IMG/VR virus record: IMGVR_UViG_3300046168_000070 | Span: 32,001 to 96,000 of that record | DNA from: a virus | Direction: 5' to 3' (one strand) | Length of the DNA: 64,000 nucleotides | Shown here: positions 9,535 through 19,540 of the stretch, in pieces | How the letters are laid out: each line of letters opens with the position of its first letter | Numbering within the stretch: the stretch's first letter is position 1 | Position numbers and translations under genes: made by a program | Notes under the pieces: model-generated | Told to the model about the DNA's origin: nothing | The model's input: only the letters and a program-made list of their open reading frames with translations | Database searches by the model: none

Positions 9535-10566
9535 ATGGCAAAACCTTTAATAGATTTTGATTTAATCAGATTAAAAATTTCCCTCAGAGATGAAAATTTG
9601 TCTCATGATTATCAAAAATTAGATCATCAAAAAATAGCTTCACTTATTACGCCTTATTGTATTCAGTTTAAAAATGACGACATTAAAAGAAGATATATAG
9701 AATTATTTAATCATCTTTGTGGGACTTTAGAATATTTATTTAAAGTTAAAGTTATTACGCCCCACAAGTTTTTGAAAATAACTGAAAAATATGTAGTTGA
9801 AGATTACAGACTTATTATAAATACTCCTGATCATTATGAAATTAGACATCTAAATCTGAACCCAAGAAATTATTTATTTTACCAAACTGGAAACAGACAA
9901 GAATTAATTAGTTGCCCCCAATCTGATAGTTTTATGCATGAAGAGTATCTAACAGACTTCCGACAATTATTTAATCAGCCTGACCAGATTACCTACTTTA
10001 CTTACTTACCTCAAAAAATTTCTTTGAATGAAATTTGCATAACAAAGAATTATGCAATTATATCCACGGCACTTGAGAAGCAATATAAAAACATAAAAAA
10101 AGAATTATCAGATTTTTTAAGATTAAAAATCATAACTTTTCGATCTCCCGATAATTCGACAGATATCACAAAGTATTTTAGGTCAATTGATTCCGCGCCA
10201 TCTCTAAATATTTCAGAATCTTTCAGCGTTAATAACAACAGTAAATTAATTTACGCAGAAACAGGAATACAAGACACAGATTCTAAAATTAAATTAGTTA
10301 TTGATGAAGTCAATAAAATAGATAATACAACTACAATAAAATTTAAAAACCCTCCAAATAATAAATTAATTAATTATTTAGACTTTTCTATGCTCGATGG
10401 AAGTTTTTTATTTCCGTTGTATGATGAGATTGCATATGAAAATAAATATTATCTTGCCGAACATTTCCCACAAAACTTTTTTCTCAGCGCAATGCATCCA
10501 GACCTTGACTTAGTGAACAAAAATGGTGTTAATTTTGCAAACATGATTTCTATATCAATGATATAA
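9535..10566 (+). CDS. Hypothetical protein
   Basis: ~343 aa ORF, no motif recognised. Confidence 0.7.
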   Translation: MAKPLIDFDLIRLKISLRDENLSHDYQKLDHQKIASLITPYCIQFKNDDIKRRYIELFNHLCGTLEYLFKVKVITPHKFLKITEKYVVEDYRLIINTPDHYEIRHLNLNPRNYLFYQTGNRQELISCPQSDSFMHEEYLTDFRQLFNQPDQITYFTYLPQKISLNEICITKNYAIISTALEKQYKNIKKELSDFLRLKIITFRSPDNSTDITKYFRSIDSAPSLNISESFSVNNNSKLIYAETGIQDTDSKIKLVIDEVNKIDNTTTIKFKNPPNNKLINYLDFSMLDGSFLFPLYDEIAYENKYYLAEHFPQNFFLSAMHPDLDLVNKNGVNFANMISISMI

Positions 10567-10579
10567 AATTATTTTTTTA

Positions 10580-10608
10580 TTGACATTTTAATACTTTTAA
10601 AATATAAT
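10580..10608 (+). promoter_or_regulatory. sigma70 promoter (leaderless)
   Basis: TTGACA-17-TATAAT, ATG +8. Confidence 0.9.
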
Positions 10609-10616
10609 CTATATAT

Positions 10617-10820
10617 ATGAAAATTGAAAACAACTCAAACTCTACTAAAAGAGGAAGAAAAAAAGGCTCTACATCTTTCACTCATTTAACTTATAAAGAC
10701 TTAGGTAAATTTGTTGGCGCCGAAACTTTGGTTCCTGTTCATAAGTCGTGGCTAGAACAATTAGGTTTTGATATCTATACTAAAGAACAAATCGAAAAGT
10801 ACACTCAAAAAAAGCTTTAA
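10617..10820 (+). CDS. Small basic protein with AT-hook-like RGRKKG; paralog of 37287..37508
   Basis: KRGRKKGSTSF..LTYKDL..FVG....V.V.KSWLE.L; own sigma70 promoter. Confidence 0.6.
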   Translation: MKIENNSNSTKRGRKKGSTSFTHLTYKDLGKFVGAETLVPVHKSWLEQLGFDIYTKEQIEKYTQKKL

Positions 10821-10825
10821 TAATT

Positions 10826-10831
10826 GTGTAA
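10826..10831 (+). promoter_or_regulatory. GTGTAA motif
   Basis: GTGTAA-12 nt-ATG(10844). Confidence 0.45.
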
Positions 10832-10843
10832 CAAATACTTACA

Positions 10844-11263
10844 ATGTCTAAAATTTTACTTGCAACAATCTTTTTTTATTCAATTGGCTGCTCCAGTTCA
10901 ATCACAAAAATCCATAAAGGGCAAAATAATGAACTCGTCAGAGAATTCGACCCGCCGATCATCAGAGAAATTGGAGAAGCTGGAGACGCTCTTAAAGAGT
11001 CGGTCCCTGTGCGAGTAAAGCTTTATCACATGCCTTTAGTCAGTGGTAGCAGACTTAAAATGATCAACAAGTGGGATCAGCCCCCACACATATATGAATA
11101 TGATTATGCCGAAGAACAGTATGTCGAAAATTATGTAACTTTCGATGTCGAAAATATTGAAAAATCTCAATCAATGAATATAATTGATTATATTAACTCA
11201 AACATAAAAGATCCTTCAGGCTTTCAACAAAATCATAAAAAACGATTTTTACTAGGCCTTTGA
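10844..11263 (+). CDS. Putative lipoprotein
   Basis: Short hydrophobic N-terminus ending SIGC. Confidence 0.5.
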   Translation: MSKILLATIFFYSIGCSSSITKIHKGQNNELVREFDPPIIREIGEAGDALKESVPVRVKLYHMPLVSGSRLKMINKWDQPPHIYEYDYAEEQYVENYVTFDVENIEKSQSMNIIDYINSNIKDPSGFQQNHKKRFLLGL

Positions 11264-11264
11264 T

Positions 11265-11747
11265 ATGGATAAAAACCCAACCCCATTCTCCGTGTTTCAA
11301 GATTTAGCAGAAAAAAAAGGATATAGACCTAAAAGAGCCACCACTTCTTTAAAAAAAGAAAATGTGCAATTTCTATTTCAAACGCCGACCCATAAAGATA
11401 TTGAGGTAGATTTAAAAACTAAAAAACGTTTTAAAAATAAATCTTTTGATAAATGGATTTGGATTGAATTTGCAGACAAGCATGGCAGAAAAGGATGGGT
11501 TTATGGTAGGGCGAAATTTATCGCTTTCGAAACAGCAGACTCTTTTATTCTAGTAAATAGATCTGAGCTTGCCGAATTTTTACAGAGAACAAATGTAGCT
11601 CGCTTTGATCTCCCTTTCGTAGATCAACCTTGGAAGGCTAAATATAGAGTCTTCAGAAGACCTCAGACAAAAGAAACTTTGACTCAAATCAAAACGCATG
11701 ATTTATTAAAATTAAAATCTGTACAAGTTTGGAAAAAATATGAGTAA
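11265..11747 (+). CDS. PD-(D/E)XK-like nuclease-fold phage protein; paralog of 33077..33529
   Basis: VDLK...WIWIEF...G.KGW..G.A.FIAFE....FILV.R.EL. Confidence 0.5.
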   Translation: MDKNPTPFSVFQDLAEKKGYRPKRATTSLKKENVQFLFQTPTHKDIEVDLKTKKRFKNKSFDKWIWIEFADKHGRKGWVYGRAKFIAFETADSFILVNRSELAEFLQRTNVARFDLPFVDQPWKAKYRVFRRPQTKETLTQIKTHDLLKLKSVQVWKKYE

Positions 11748-11913
11748 TTTATTAGAAGTCGCGCTTTTTAATGTGTGGCATTTTTTTGGAACTATTGTAT
11801 TAATTATTACTATTGGATTAGCAATATCATTACCAGTGAGTGTTTACTTTAGGAATAAACAGCTACAATCATCAAACTTATTAAAAATAATCAAATCAAA
11901 ACTATATGAATAA
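11740..11913 (+). CDS. Small membrane protein
   Basis: 57 aa hand-translated ORF with one hydrophobic helix, overlapping both neighbours. Confidence 0.5.
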   Translation: MSNLLEVALFNVWHFFGTIVLIITIGLAISLPVSVYFRNKQLQSSNLLKIIKSKLYE

Positions 11914-12094
11914 TCAAGATAAATTCTATGTTGTAACACGAAATGGTCGTAGAGTAGAAGAGAAAGACTATTGGACTAAAGACAGAGCGCTTAAGAGAGC
12001 AGATTCTCTTATAACTACTTTAAAAAAATGGAAAGATAAAGACAGGAATAAAGTAGAAGTAGTAGAAACTGAAAAGCCTCATTTAATTAAGTGA
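11906..12094 (+). CDS. Hypothetical protein
   Basis: 62 aa ORF in the operon. Confidence 0.6.
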   Translation: MNNQDKFYVVTRNGRRVEEKDYWTKDRALKRADSLITTLKKWKDKDRNKVEVVETEKPHLIK

Positions 12095-12633
12095 TTGGCG
12101 AATTTGATCCGTCAAATTCTCAAAAAACATATCAGCATAAAGGATTTAAAATCTCCCCATCAACATTGTGGGTAGATAATTTCTTAAAAGATTTAAGAGA
12201 CCTAGACAAAGAATCCAGAAAGCTTATGTTTTGGGATCAGACTGATGGAGAATTATTTTTTAAATTAAAATCTTTCACAACAAAAGGTTTCAGCTTCAGC
12301 AAAAACAATAATAAAATGTATTGGTTATTCAATAAACCTCAAGACTTCAACAATGCGTGGACATTAGATGTATTTAATCCCCCAAACTCAGGCATTAACG
12401 GAATAGAATTTATTAGAGCTGTGCCTACATATTTTTATTTAGTGGATAAATTCAGAGAAATTTTTCAATGCAAAAAATTAAGAGCTTTTGTCGTTAATGA
12501 TAATGTTCAATCATTAAGAATGTGTCATACTCTAGTTAAAAAAGGTTATTTAGAGGTAGAGTGTGAGCTCAAAAATGAGGTTAATATTCTAGGAAAAGAC
12601 AGAGATTTAACTCTCTTTCTAAGATCAAACTAA
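12091..12633 (+). CDS. GNAT (RimJ/RimL-like) acetyltransferase-like protein
   Basis: C-terminal LRAFVVNDNVQSLRMCHTL..KGY resembles GNAT motif B; motif A not evident. Confidence 0.4.
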   Translation: MIGEFDPSNSQKTYQHKGFKISPSTLWVDNFLKDLRDLDKESRKLMFWDQTDGELFFKLKSFTTKGFSFSKNNNKMYWLFNKPQDFNNAWTLDVFNPPNSGINGIEFIRAVPTYFYLVDKFREIFQCKKLRAFVVNDNVQSLRMCHTLVKKGYLEVECELKNEVNILGKDRDLTLFLRSN

Positions 12634-12640
12634 AAAAAAT

Positions 12641-13186
12641 ATGGAAATTATCGCTTTTATATCTATAATTATACTAATAGCAAGTTTATACTTTCAATCT
12701 CAATATAAAAACAACGTCAGTTTATTATCATCTGAAAATAAATTATTAAAAACTAGAGAGGATCAATTAAATACAACAATATCTGAACTTAACGCATCAT
12801 TAAAACGTGAACAAGAAATTATTCAAGAACGAAAAATTGAATTAGATAAAAAAGAGAAAGGTATAGTTTTAACTTTAAATGATTTAGAAATACAATTAGC
12901 TAAAGAAAAAGAAGCAAAAAAGAAAGTCACATCACAAAAAAAGAGTAGCGAAGTAAGGCTTGGCCATATCGCAGAAACTCTAGCTCCTTTCCTCGATCAA
13001 TTTGAATTCGATCCAGAAGCTTGTACATTTTTAGGAAAACCCATAGATTATATATCATTCGGCGAAGAAGAAATTACCTTTATAGAAGTAAAAAGCGGAA
13101 ACAGTCAATTAAACAATAATCAAAGAAGAGTAAGGGATTTAATCAAAGACAAAAAAGTAGGCTGGAAAGAAATTAGAATAAAATAA
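12641..13186 (+). CDS. Membrane-anchored Holliday junction resolvase-like endonuclease (Endonuc_Holl type)
   Basis: N-terminal TM, coiled coil, then G.IAE.LAPF...FLGKPIDYISF...ITFIEVKSGNSQL. Confidence 0.8.
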   Translation: MEIIAFISIIILIASLYFQSQYKNNVSLLSSENKLLKTREDQLNTTISELNASLKREQEIIQERKIELDKKEKGIVLTLNDLEIQLAKEKEAKKKVTSQKKSSEVRLGHIAETLAPFLDQFEFDPEACTFLGKPIDYISFGEEEITFIEVKSGNSQLNNNQRRVRDLIKDKKVGWKEIRIK

Positions 13187-13205
13187 ATTTAATTATAAAA
13201 AATAT

Positions 13206-13859
13206 ATGAAAACAAAAATCGTATCATTATTACTAGCCTTAGGGCTTACAACTAACGCCGCCTTTTCTGGCAACTCTGCGAAAGTAGGTTACGCATCTGA
13301 CTTCTTTTACAGAGGAGCTCAAAAGGCAGAACAATCAGTTCAATCTTCCGTAAAACTTGGTTCAGCGCTTGGAGGTGTGGATTTAAGCGCTCATGCTTGC
13401 ACGAACCAATCTGTTGATACAGGAGTAGATAGTTATAATCTTGGAGCAGGAGTAGGCAAATCTTTCTCGGACGGCTTGCTATCTGTTTATGCTGGAGTAA
13501 ATCATTTCGAAGATCGCCCTGGAGATGCTCTCTCTGAATTTCAGGTTAGAGTCTCTTCAAATGTAGCGCTAAATCCATCTGTTTCAGTCTATAGAGACTT
13601 TGATGAGTCTTTGTATACTGTAGAGCTAGGAGTAGGTCATTCTTTCGATCTGTCGATTGCCTCTCTCGACTTGTCAGCCGCAGTTGGTAATACAGATTTA
13701 ACAAACAGTACAGATCGAACATATTATGCCGCTGGAGCTGACATCTCCAAAAGTATTTCGGAAAATGCAGAATTCTCTGTCGGAGTAGATTATGTAGATG
13801 CAGATGACTTGGATGAGCGCGAATTTGTGTTCGGAACTGCTTTAACTGTTAAATTTTAA
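13206..13859 (+). CDS. Outer-membrane beta-barrel protein (TIGR02001/TorF-like)
   Basis: Signal peptide, YASDFFYRG, QSSV, alternating beta strands, terminal Phe (TVKF). Confidence 0.75.
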   Translation: MKTKIVSLLLALGLTTNAAFSGNSAKVGYASDFFYRGAQKAEQSVQSSVKLGSALGGVDLSAHACTNQSVDTGVDSYNLGAGVGKSFSDGLLSVYAGVNHFEDRPGDALSEFQVRVSSNVALNPSVSVYRDFDESLYTVELGVGHSFDLSIASLDLSAAVGNTDLTNSTDRTYYAAGADISKSISENAEFSVGVDYVDADDLDEREFVFGTALTVKF

Positions 13860-13864
13860 TTATT

Positions 13865-14107
13865 ATGAAAAATACGTTAGAAATAATCAAAACTTATGCT
13901 GGTGGAGTCACTAGCTTGTTATTAACGCTAATTGGGCTTCTTGTTGTCGCTCAAGTTGTATTCGGTACTGGAGCTCCAATTGATGTAATTGGAAACCTTC
14001 AAGAAGTAGTTACTGGATTTGTAGGACAAGGCGCAAGTCTTGCAGGAGTTATTACACTTTTGCTAATTGTTGCCTTATTCCAGAAATCTACAAGTCCTGA
14101 TAAGTAA
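13865..14107 (+). CDS. Small two-helix membrane protein
   Basis: Two hydrophobic Gly-rich helices; followed by a terminator. Confidence 0.7.
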   Translation: MKNTLEIIKTYAGGVTSLLLTLIGLLVVAQVVFGTGAPIDVIGNLQEVVTGFVGQGASLAGVITLLLIVALFQKSTSPDK

Positions 14108-14134
14108 CAACTAACTCTTTATTGAGTTTAATTT

Positions 14135-14157
14135 AGGGGCGCTTTGCGCCCCTTTTT
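14135..14157 (+). terminator. Intrinsic terminator
   Basis: AGGGGCGC-TTT-GCGCCCCT hairpin followed by T run. Confidence 0.85.
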
Positions 14158-14193
14158 CATGGATTTTTATCTAAGTTAATATATAATAATATA

Positions 14194-14949
14194 ATGTCAG
14201 ATTCAATAGCTATTCTAACTTCTTATTTTTCTAAAAAGAAACACCCAAATAGCCCAACTGATGCTTATGTCGTAGGAAGGGCTGCGGATGGTAAAGTGCA
14301 GAACAATGAAATTGAATACATTAAACCTTGGTATGAATCAGTTGATAAATTAAAATTAAAAGGTTTTATATTTCACGATAATCTTTCTGACGCTTTTGTT
14401 GAGCAATATACAACAGAAGATATAAAATTTATAAAAGTAGGAGACTTCGAATACTCAAATAATGATTATCGGTTTTTTTGTTTCAATGATTTTTTAAAAG
14501 AGAATAAATTTAATTACGTTTTTCATGCTGATGCTTCAGATGTAAAGGTTGTAAAGAACCCAGTGAACTTAATCAAGGATCATCCCGACATATCTTACTT
14601 CGCATGTAAAGACAGCATTAAGCTTAAGCATTTTGGCGATTATTTAAATGTTCATGACAAATTTAATTTCGAGGATAAAATGATGTTTATGCTAAACATT
14701 GATTCGTGGGATTTAATTAATATGGGAGTAGTTGGCGGAACTCATGAAGACATGTCTAACTTTTATTCTAAATTTGTAGAGGTTAGGGAATCTATGGGTG
14801 TTCCAGAATTTAATTCAGATATGTGGCTTTGCCAGTATTTACTTAGATCACAATTTAAAGATAAAAATTTTATTATGGGCGAACCTGTTTGTAGTGAATT
14901 TAAACAATACCAAAATGAAAGAGAAGATGTCTACTTTATCCACAAGTAA
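14194..14949 (+). CDS. Putative GT-A-fold glycosyltransferase-like protein
   Basis: VFHADASDV (DxD-like), LINMGVVGG; first gene of the glycan cluster. Confidence 0.45.
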   Translation: MSDSIAILTSYFSKKKHPNSPTDAYVVGRAADGKVQNNEIEYIKPWYESVDKLKLKGFIFHDNLSDAFVEQYTTEDIKFIKVGDFEYSNNDYRFFCFNDFLKENKFNYVFHADASDVKVVKNPVNLIKDHPDISYFACKDSIKLKHFGDYLNVHDKFNFEDKMMFMLNIDSWDLINMGVVGGTHEDMSNFYSKFVEVRESMGVPEFNSDMWLCQYLLRSQFKDKNFIMGEPVCSEFKQYQNEREDVYFIHK

Positions 14950-15583
14950 AATATTAGTGTGCATTTATACTTGCGCACAAGACGCTGAATCTGTCGCAGA
15001 ATTAAAGGACACGGATTGGTTTAAAGATGTGTCTTCTAGAGATAATTTTGAAATTATTGAAGTTCTGGCAGATCCCTCAATCAAAGAAGAGTATTCTTTT
15101 AAAAATAATATTTTAACTTTAAAAACTGAAGAATCTTACGATAATCTATGTATGAAAACATATAACATGATAGATGCATGCAGCAAACTCTTTGATTTTG
15201 ATCATTTACTTAAAATAGATAGTAATATAATTAAAAATCGCCATAATAAAACTAGCATGTTGTTTTCTTTTGAGTATTTTTTGAAAAAATTTTATAACGA
15301 AGGAGTTTTTGGTGAATATAATGGGTTGACTCCAATTCAAGGAAATACTGTCGAACAATTTAGAAATTGGGCTTCATCAAAAAAACTCTTTGTTATGCCA
15401 GAAGTTTTAATCTCTGAAATAGGAGAAAGCAAATGGGCTACGAACTATTGGGCTGGTGGTTGTTATTGTTTAGGGCAAAAATCTATACAAAAAGTTATTG
15501 CTCAAAAAAAATTATTTCAAAAATTTAAAAACTTAATGGGGGGCTGCGAGGACATGGCTGTCGCCTCAGCTTTAATAGGATAA
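14927..15583 (+). CDS. Galactosyltransferase-like (GT31-like) glycosyltransferase
   Basis: ESYDNLCMKT, LLKIDSN, YWAGGCYCL, EDMAV; start moved to an internal ATG (14915 also possible). Confidence 0.65.
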   Translation: MSTLSTSKILVCIYTCAQDAESVAELKDTDWFKDVSSRDNFEIIEVLADPSIKEEYSFKNNILTLKTEESYDNLCMKTYNMIDACSKLFDFDHLLKIDSNIIKNRHNKTSMLFSFEYFLKKFYNEGVFGEYNGLTPIQGNTVEQFRNWASSKKLFVMPEVLISEIGESKWATNYWAGGCYCLGQKSIQKVIAQKKLFQKFKNLMGGCEDMAVASALIG

Positions 15584-15584
15584 C

Positions 15585-16223
15585 ATGAAACTTATAAACC
15601 ATTGTTATTATATAAATCTTGATCACAGAACTGATAGGAATCAAGTGATGAAAGATAAGGTAATGCCTTTTTTCGGTTTCTCTAAGGAAGAGTATACTAG
15701 ATTTTCTGGAGTAAATACTTCGCACGAAAAAACTCTCTCTTCGAGGAGTGTTGGTTGCGCAAAGTCTCATCTAGGAGTGCTCGAAGAGGCTATAGCAAAA
15801 AACTATAATTATGTATTAATTTTAGAAGACGACTTTTATCCTTTGGTAGATTCTTTTGAATTTAATTCCAGGTGGAATTATTTCACTGAAAACTTTGCAG
15901 ATTTTAACTTATGTCAAATAAGCTATAATAATATAAAACCAGCCATCCAACTCGATGACTCAGGTTTAGTTTACTTTTGCGACAATTCTCAGACTGCATC
16001 CGCTTATATTATAAAAATTAATTTTGCAAAAAAAATTATAACTCACATCAAAGAGTCTATCGAGCAACTCTCCAAAGAAGGTTGTCATTCCTTATTTGCA
16101 TACGATCAAGCCTGGAAGAAATTTCAAACACAAGATAATAAATGGTTTCAATTAAAAAGATGCGGCTATCAGCGCGCAGATTATAGTGACTTAGAAAAAA
16201 GGTTCGTAAATTACCAATGTTAA
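15585..16223 (+). CDS. Glycosyltransferase family 25
   Basis: YYINLDHRTDR, GCAKSHL, LILEDD, TASAYII. Confidence 0.88.
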   Translation: MKLINHCYYINLDHRTDRNQVMKDKVMPFFGFSKEEYTRFSGVNTSHEKTLSSRSVGCAKSHLGVLEEAIAKNYNYVLILEDDFYPLVDSFEFNSRWNYFTENFADFNLCQISYNNIKPAIQLDDSGLVYFCDNSQTASAYIIKINFAKKIITHIKESIEQLSKEGCHSLFAYDQAWKKFQTQDNKWFQLKRCGYQRADYSDLEKRFVNYQC

Positions 16224-16840
16224 TAAAATTCAAAGATATAGTAGCTAAATACGGAAAGCCAAAAGGGATCATCCATATTGGCGCTCACAAAATGGAAGAG
16301 CGCGAAGATTATCTAGCGAGTGGCATTAAGGACATTATATGGATCGAAGCCAACCCTGAACTTGTTAAGCGCAATCAATCATTAACATCTCCTCTGGAAA
16401 GTGTTTTTGGATGTGCGGTCTCAGATGTAGATAATAAAATTTACGATTTCAATATAACTAATAATGGAGAATCTAGCTCAATACTAGATCTGGATTTACA
16501 CAAAACCCATCATCCGCATATACATGTGACTGAAACCATAAAAGTGAAATCAAGCAGAATCGACACTTTAATTAAAGAGAACTCTATTAACATTCAAGAT
16601 TATGATTTTGTTAATATCGATATCCAAGGCGCGGAACTTTTAGCATTAAAAGGTTTCGGTGATTGCTTGCGATCAGTCAAATATATTTACACAGAAGTAA
16701 ATACTAATTTTTTGTATAAAGATTGTGCGTTGGTTTCGCAAATAGATGAATATTTAGAAAAGTATGAATTTAAACGAGTTGCAACAGCAATGACTAAATA
16801 CGAATGGGGGGATGCTTTGTACATAAAACAAAATGATTAA
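16217..16840 (+). CDS. FkbM-family SAM methyltransferase
   Basis: IIHIGAH..EE, WIEANP, FVNIDIQGAEL..LKG, YTEVN, WGDALY. Confidence 0.9.
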   Translation: MLIKFKDIVAKYGKPKGIIHIGAHKMEEREDYLASGIKDIIWIEANPELVKRNQSLTSPLESVFGCAVSDVDNKIYDFNITNNGESSSILDLDLHKTHHPHIHVTETIKVKSSRIDTLIKENSINIQDYDFVNIDIQGAELLALKGFGDCLRSVKYIYTEVNTNFLYKDCALVSQIDEYLEKYEFKRVATAMTKYEWGDALYIKQND

Positions 16841-17675
16841 TCTTTGCTATAATCATTGCTCTATGGGCCCACAAAAAGTCTATAATAACCTACAAAAAGG
16901 TTTAGAATCCTTGGGGGTTAATTATTCTCACAATGATCCGAACCCAAAAAATGGGTTTGTTACAGTATTTTTAAATAAACACAATTCTATTCAATCGAAT
17001 CTAATAAACAATTCTTTTGTAGGGCCAAACATCTGTGTTCTACCTATTGATGACAGGATAATGATGGAACAGAAATATCAAAAAACTATCGTCCCCTCCA
17101 AATGGGTTAAAAATCTTTATTCAAAATGGATACCAGCAGAGAAAATATGCACTTGGGCGGTTGGTATAGATACCGACCTTTTTTCTGACAAATCTAATAA
17201 TGAAAAAACTAACGACTGTTTAATTTATTTCAAAAGAAGAAGTTCTGAAGAATTAAATATAATCAAAAATTTTTTAAAAGAAAAAAAACAATCTTTTGTT
17301 CTTGTGGAATACGGGAAATATAATGAGGCTCAATTTATAGACGTTATTACAAAAAGCAAATATGGAATAATTTTAGACAACACAGAAAGTCAGGGTATAG
17401 CAATTCAAGAAATGATGAGTTGTAATTTACCACTTTTAGTTTGGGATGTAACTCATTGGGTTGATAGAGGTGAAAAATACAAGATTAAGGCAACCTCAAT
17501 ACCTTACTGGGACGAAAGATGTGGTATTAATTTTGACAATGGCGAAGATTTAGAAAAAGCTTATAATGACTTAACCGAGAATCTGTCAAATTATAAACCA
17601 AGGGAATATGTGATGGAAAATTTATCAATAGAGAAAGCTACAAATAATATTTTAACAATAATGAACTTATTATGA
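16833..17675 (+). CDS. GT-B glycosyltransferase (GT4-like)
   Basis: AVGIDTD.F, TESQGIAIQEMMSCNLPLLV. Confidence 0.7.
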   Translation: MINLCYNHCSMGPQKVYNNLQKGLESLGVNYSHNDPNPKNGFVTVFLNKHNSIQSNLINNSFVGPNICVLPIDDRIMMEQKYQKTIVPSKWVKNLYSKWIPAEKICTWAVGIDTDLFSDKSNNEKTNDCLIYFKRRSSEELNIIKNFLKEKKQSFVLVEYGKYNEAQFIDVITKSKYGIILDNTESQGIAIQEMMSCNLPLLVWDVTHWVDRGEKYKIKATSIPYWDERCGINFDNGEDLEKAYNDLTENLSNYKPREYVMENLSIEKATNNILTIMNLL

Positions 17676-18598
17676 AGAATGTTTTAATAACAGGTATAAA
17701 CGGTTTTGTTGGGTCTTCGATAGCCAAACGAGAATTAGAAAGAGGTAACAATGTAATTGGAATCGTTAGGGATATCAACAGAAAGAGCCAAAAAGATATC
17801 TTAGATAAATGTACTATTATATATGGCGATATAACTAATACGCAACTCATTGATAGGGTTATTGCCGATTATGAGGTTGATTTAATCTATCACCTAGCTG
17901 CAATGTCAATTGTTAAGATTGCTGATAAGAATCCATTAAATTGTTATATGAGTAATGTCATAGGTACGATTAATATATTGGATGGAGTCAGAAAGATTAA
18001 TCCTTTAATTAAAGTGGTTATGGCTTCATCTGATAAAGCTTATGGTACTCACGATAAATTACCGTATACCGAGGATATGAAATTACAGCCAGATGACCCA
18101 TACTCAACATCCAAAGCATGTTCTGACTTAATCGCACAATCCTACAACAAAACATATAACTTAAACGTGAATGTGATTAGATGTGCTAACATCTACGGCC
18201 CTAGAGATATGAACTTATCTAGGATTATACCAAACACGATTAGAAATATTAAGAACGGAACGAAGCCTAGGATTTATTCTGGGGTATTAGAATTCAAACG
18301 TGAATTTGTTTTCATTGAAGATGTAGTTGACGCTTACCTATTAATGGCTGATAACGGTGTTCCAGGTGAGATTTACAATATTGGTGATTGTGAATTCTAT
18401 ACGATTCAAGAAGTAGTAGAAATTATCTCAGAAATAATGGAATATAAAGGTGGGTATGAAATTGCTGATAAGGACTTTATTGAGATTCCATTCCAATATA
18501 TGTCGGCTGATAAATTAAAAGGCTTAGGCTGGACTAAGACTCACACATTCAAAGAAGGTCTAAGTAAGACTATTGAATGGTATAAAGCGAGGTTATAA
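17672..18598 (+). CDS. NAD-dependent nucleotide-sugar epimerase/dehydratase (CDP-glucose 4,6-dehydratase-like)
   Basis: GINGFVG, HLAA, SSDKAYG, YSTSK, NIYGP. Confidence 0.88.
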   Translation: MKNVLITGINGFVGSSIAKRELERGNNVIGIVRDINRKSQKDILDKCTIIYGDITNTQLIDRVIADYEVDLIYHLAAMSIVKIADKNPLNCYMSNVIGTINILDGVRKINPLIKVVMASSDKAYGTHDKLPYTEDMKLQPDDPYSTSKACSDLIAQSYNKTYNLNVNVIRCANIYGPRDMNLSRIIPNTIRNIKNGTKPRIYSGVLEFKREFVFIEDVVDAYLLMADNGVPGEIYNIGDCEFYTIQEVVEIISEIMEYKGGYEIADKDFIEIPFQYMSADKLKGLGWTKTHTFKEGLSKTIEWYKARL

Positions 18599-19389
18599 TG
18601 AAAAATTTAGTAATAGGTTCTGGAGGTTTCTTAGGTACGCAGTTATGTAGGCACTTAAGAGACCTTGGGGATCAAGTTATAGAATATGATATAAAGAATA
18701 GTGTTACGCAAGACGCTAGGCTTGGAGAATTACCATTAGACGGTGTTAATAGAGTTTATTTCTTAGCGTGGGATGTTGGTGGTTCTAAATATCTTTACAA
18801 AGAGGGTAGTCAAGAAACACAAATGACATGGAATAATGAGTTAATGCTTAATGTGTTTAAACAAATCATGGATATTCCGTTTGTGTTTATTTCATCCCAA
18901 TTAGCAGATGTTACTGACACTGTTTATGGTGTACAGAAACAAATGGGTGAAGTGTGGACCAAACTATCAAAGCATGGTATAGCTGTTAGGCTATGGAACA
19001 TTTACGGTTATAATGAGGATTTCACAGAAAGAAGTCATGTAGTTTCTGACTTCATATTTCAAGCAATGACTAATAAGGAAATTAACATGCTCACAATGGG
19101 TGAAGAATTTAGACAATATATTCACATAGACGATGTGTGTAATGGGTTAGTTAAAGCATTTGACATTAAGGACAGGAGCAAGACATATGATCTATCAACT
19201 GGTGAGTGGGTTAAATTAATTGATTTAGCGCTTCTAATAAGTGAAATTACAGATTGTAAGGTTGTCAGGGGTGAAAAATTAGGTGATAGTCTATTAATCG
19301 ATAATAAAGACTTTGTTCCTGGTTGGGAGCCAAGTGTTTTCCTAAAAGAAGGCTTAACAAGAATGGTAAAAGAGTTTAAACATGAGTAG
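18598..19389 (+). CDS. NAD-dependent epimerase/dehydratase
   Basis: GSGGFLG, YGVQK (YxxxK), NIYG, RQYIHIDDV. Confidence 0.85.
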   Translation: MKNLVIGSGGFLGTQLCRHLRDLGDQVIEYDIKNSVTQDARLGELPLDGVNRVYFLAWDVGGSKYLYKEGSQETQMTWNNELMLNVFKQIMDIPFVFISSQLADVTDTVYGVQKQMGEVWTKLSKHGIAVRLWNIYGYNEDFTERSHVVSDFIFQAMTNKEINMLTMGEEFRQYIHIDDVCNGLVKAFDIKDRSKTYDLSTGEWVKLIDLALLISEITDCKVVRGEKLGDSLLIDNKDFVPGWEPSVFLKEGLTRMVKEFKHE

Positions 19390-19534
19390 CGGAGTTAAAA
19401 ACAGATTAGTAAAGTTAAGTAATCAAGGGTTTAAACCTAAGAAAATATTAGATATTGGTGCTAATGTTGGTGAGTTCCATGGACTATTTCAGAAAGGTGA
19501 AGTTTTTCAGAGGGACGTTTTGTTTTATAAATAA
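19382..19534 (+). pseudogene. Internally deleted FkbM-family methyltransferase remnant (50 aa)
   Basis: MSSGVKNRLVKLSNQGFKPKKILDIGANVGEF joined directly to a C-terminal-like GEVFQRDVLFYK*. Confidence 0.75.
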
Positions 19535-19540
19535 AAGAAT

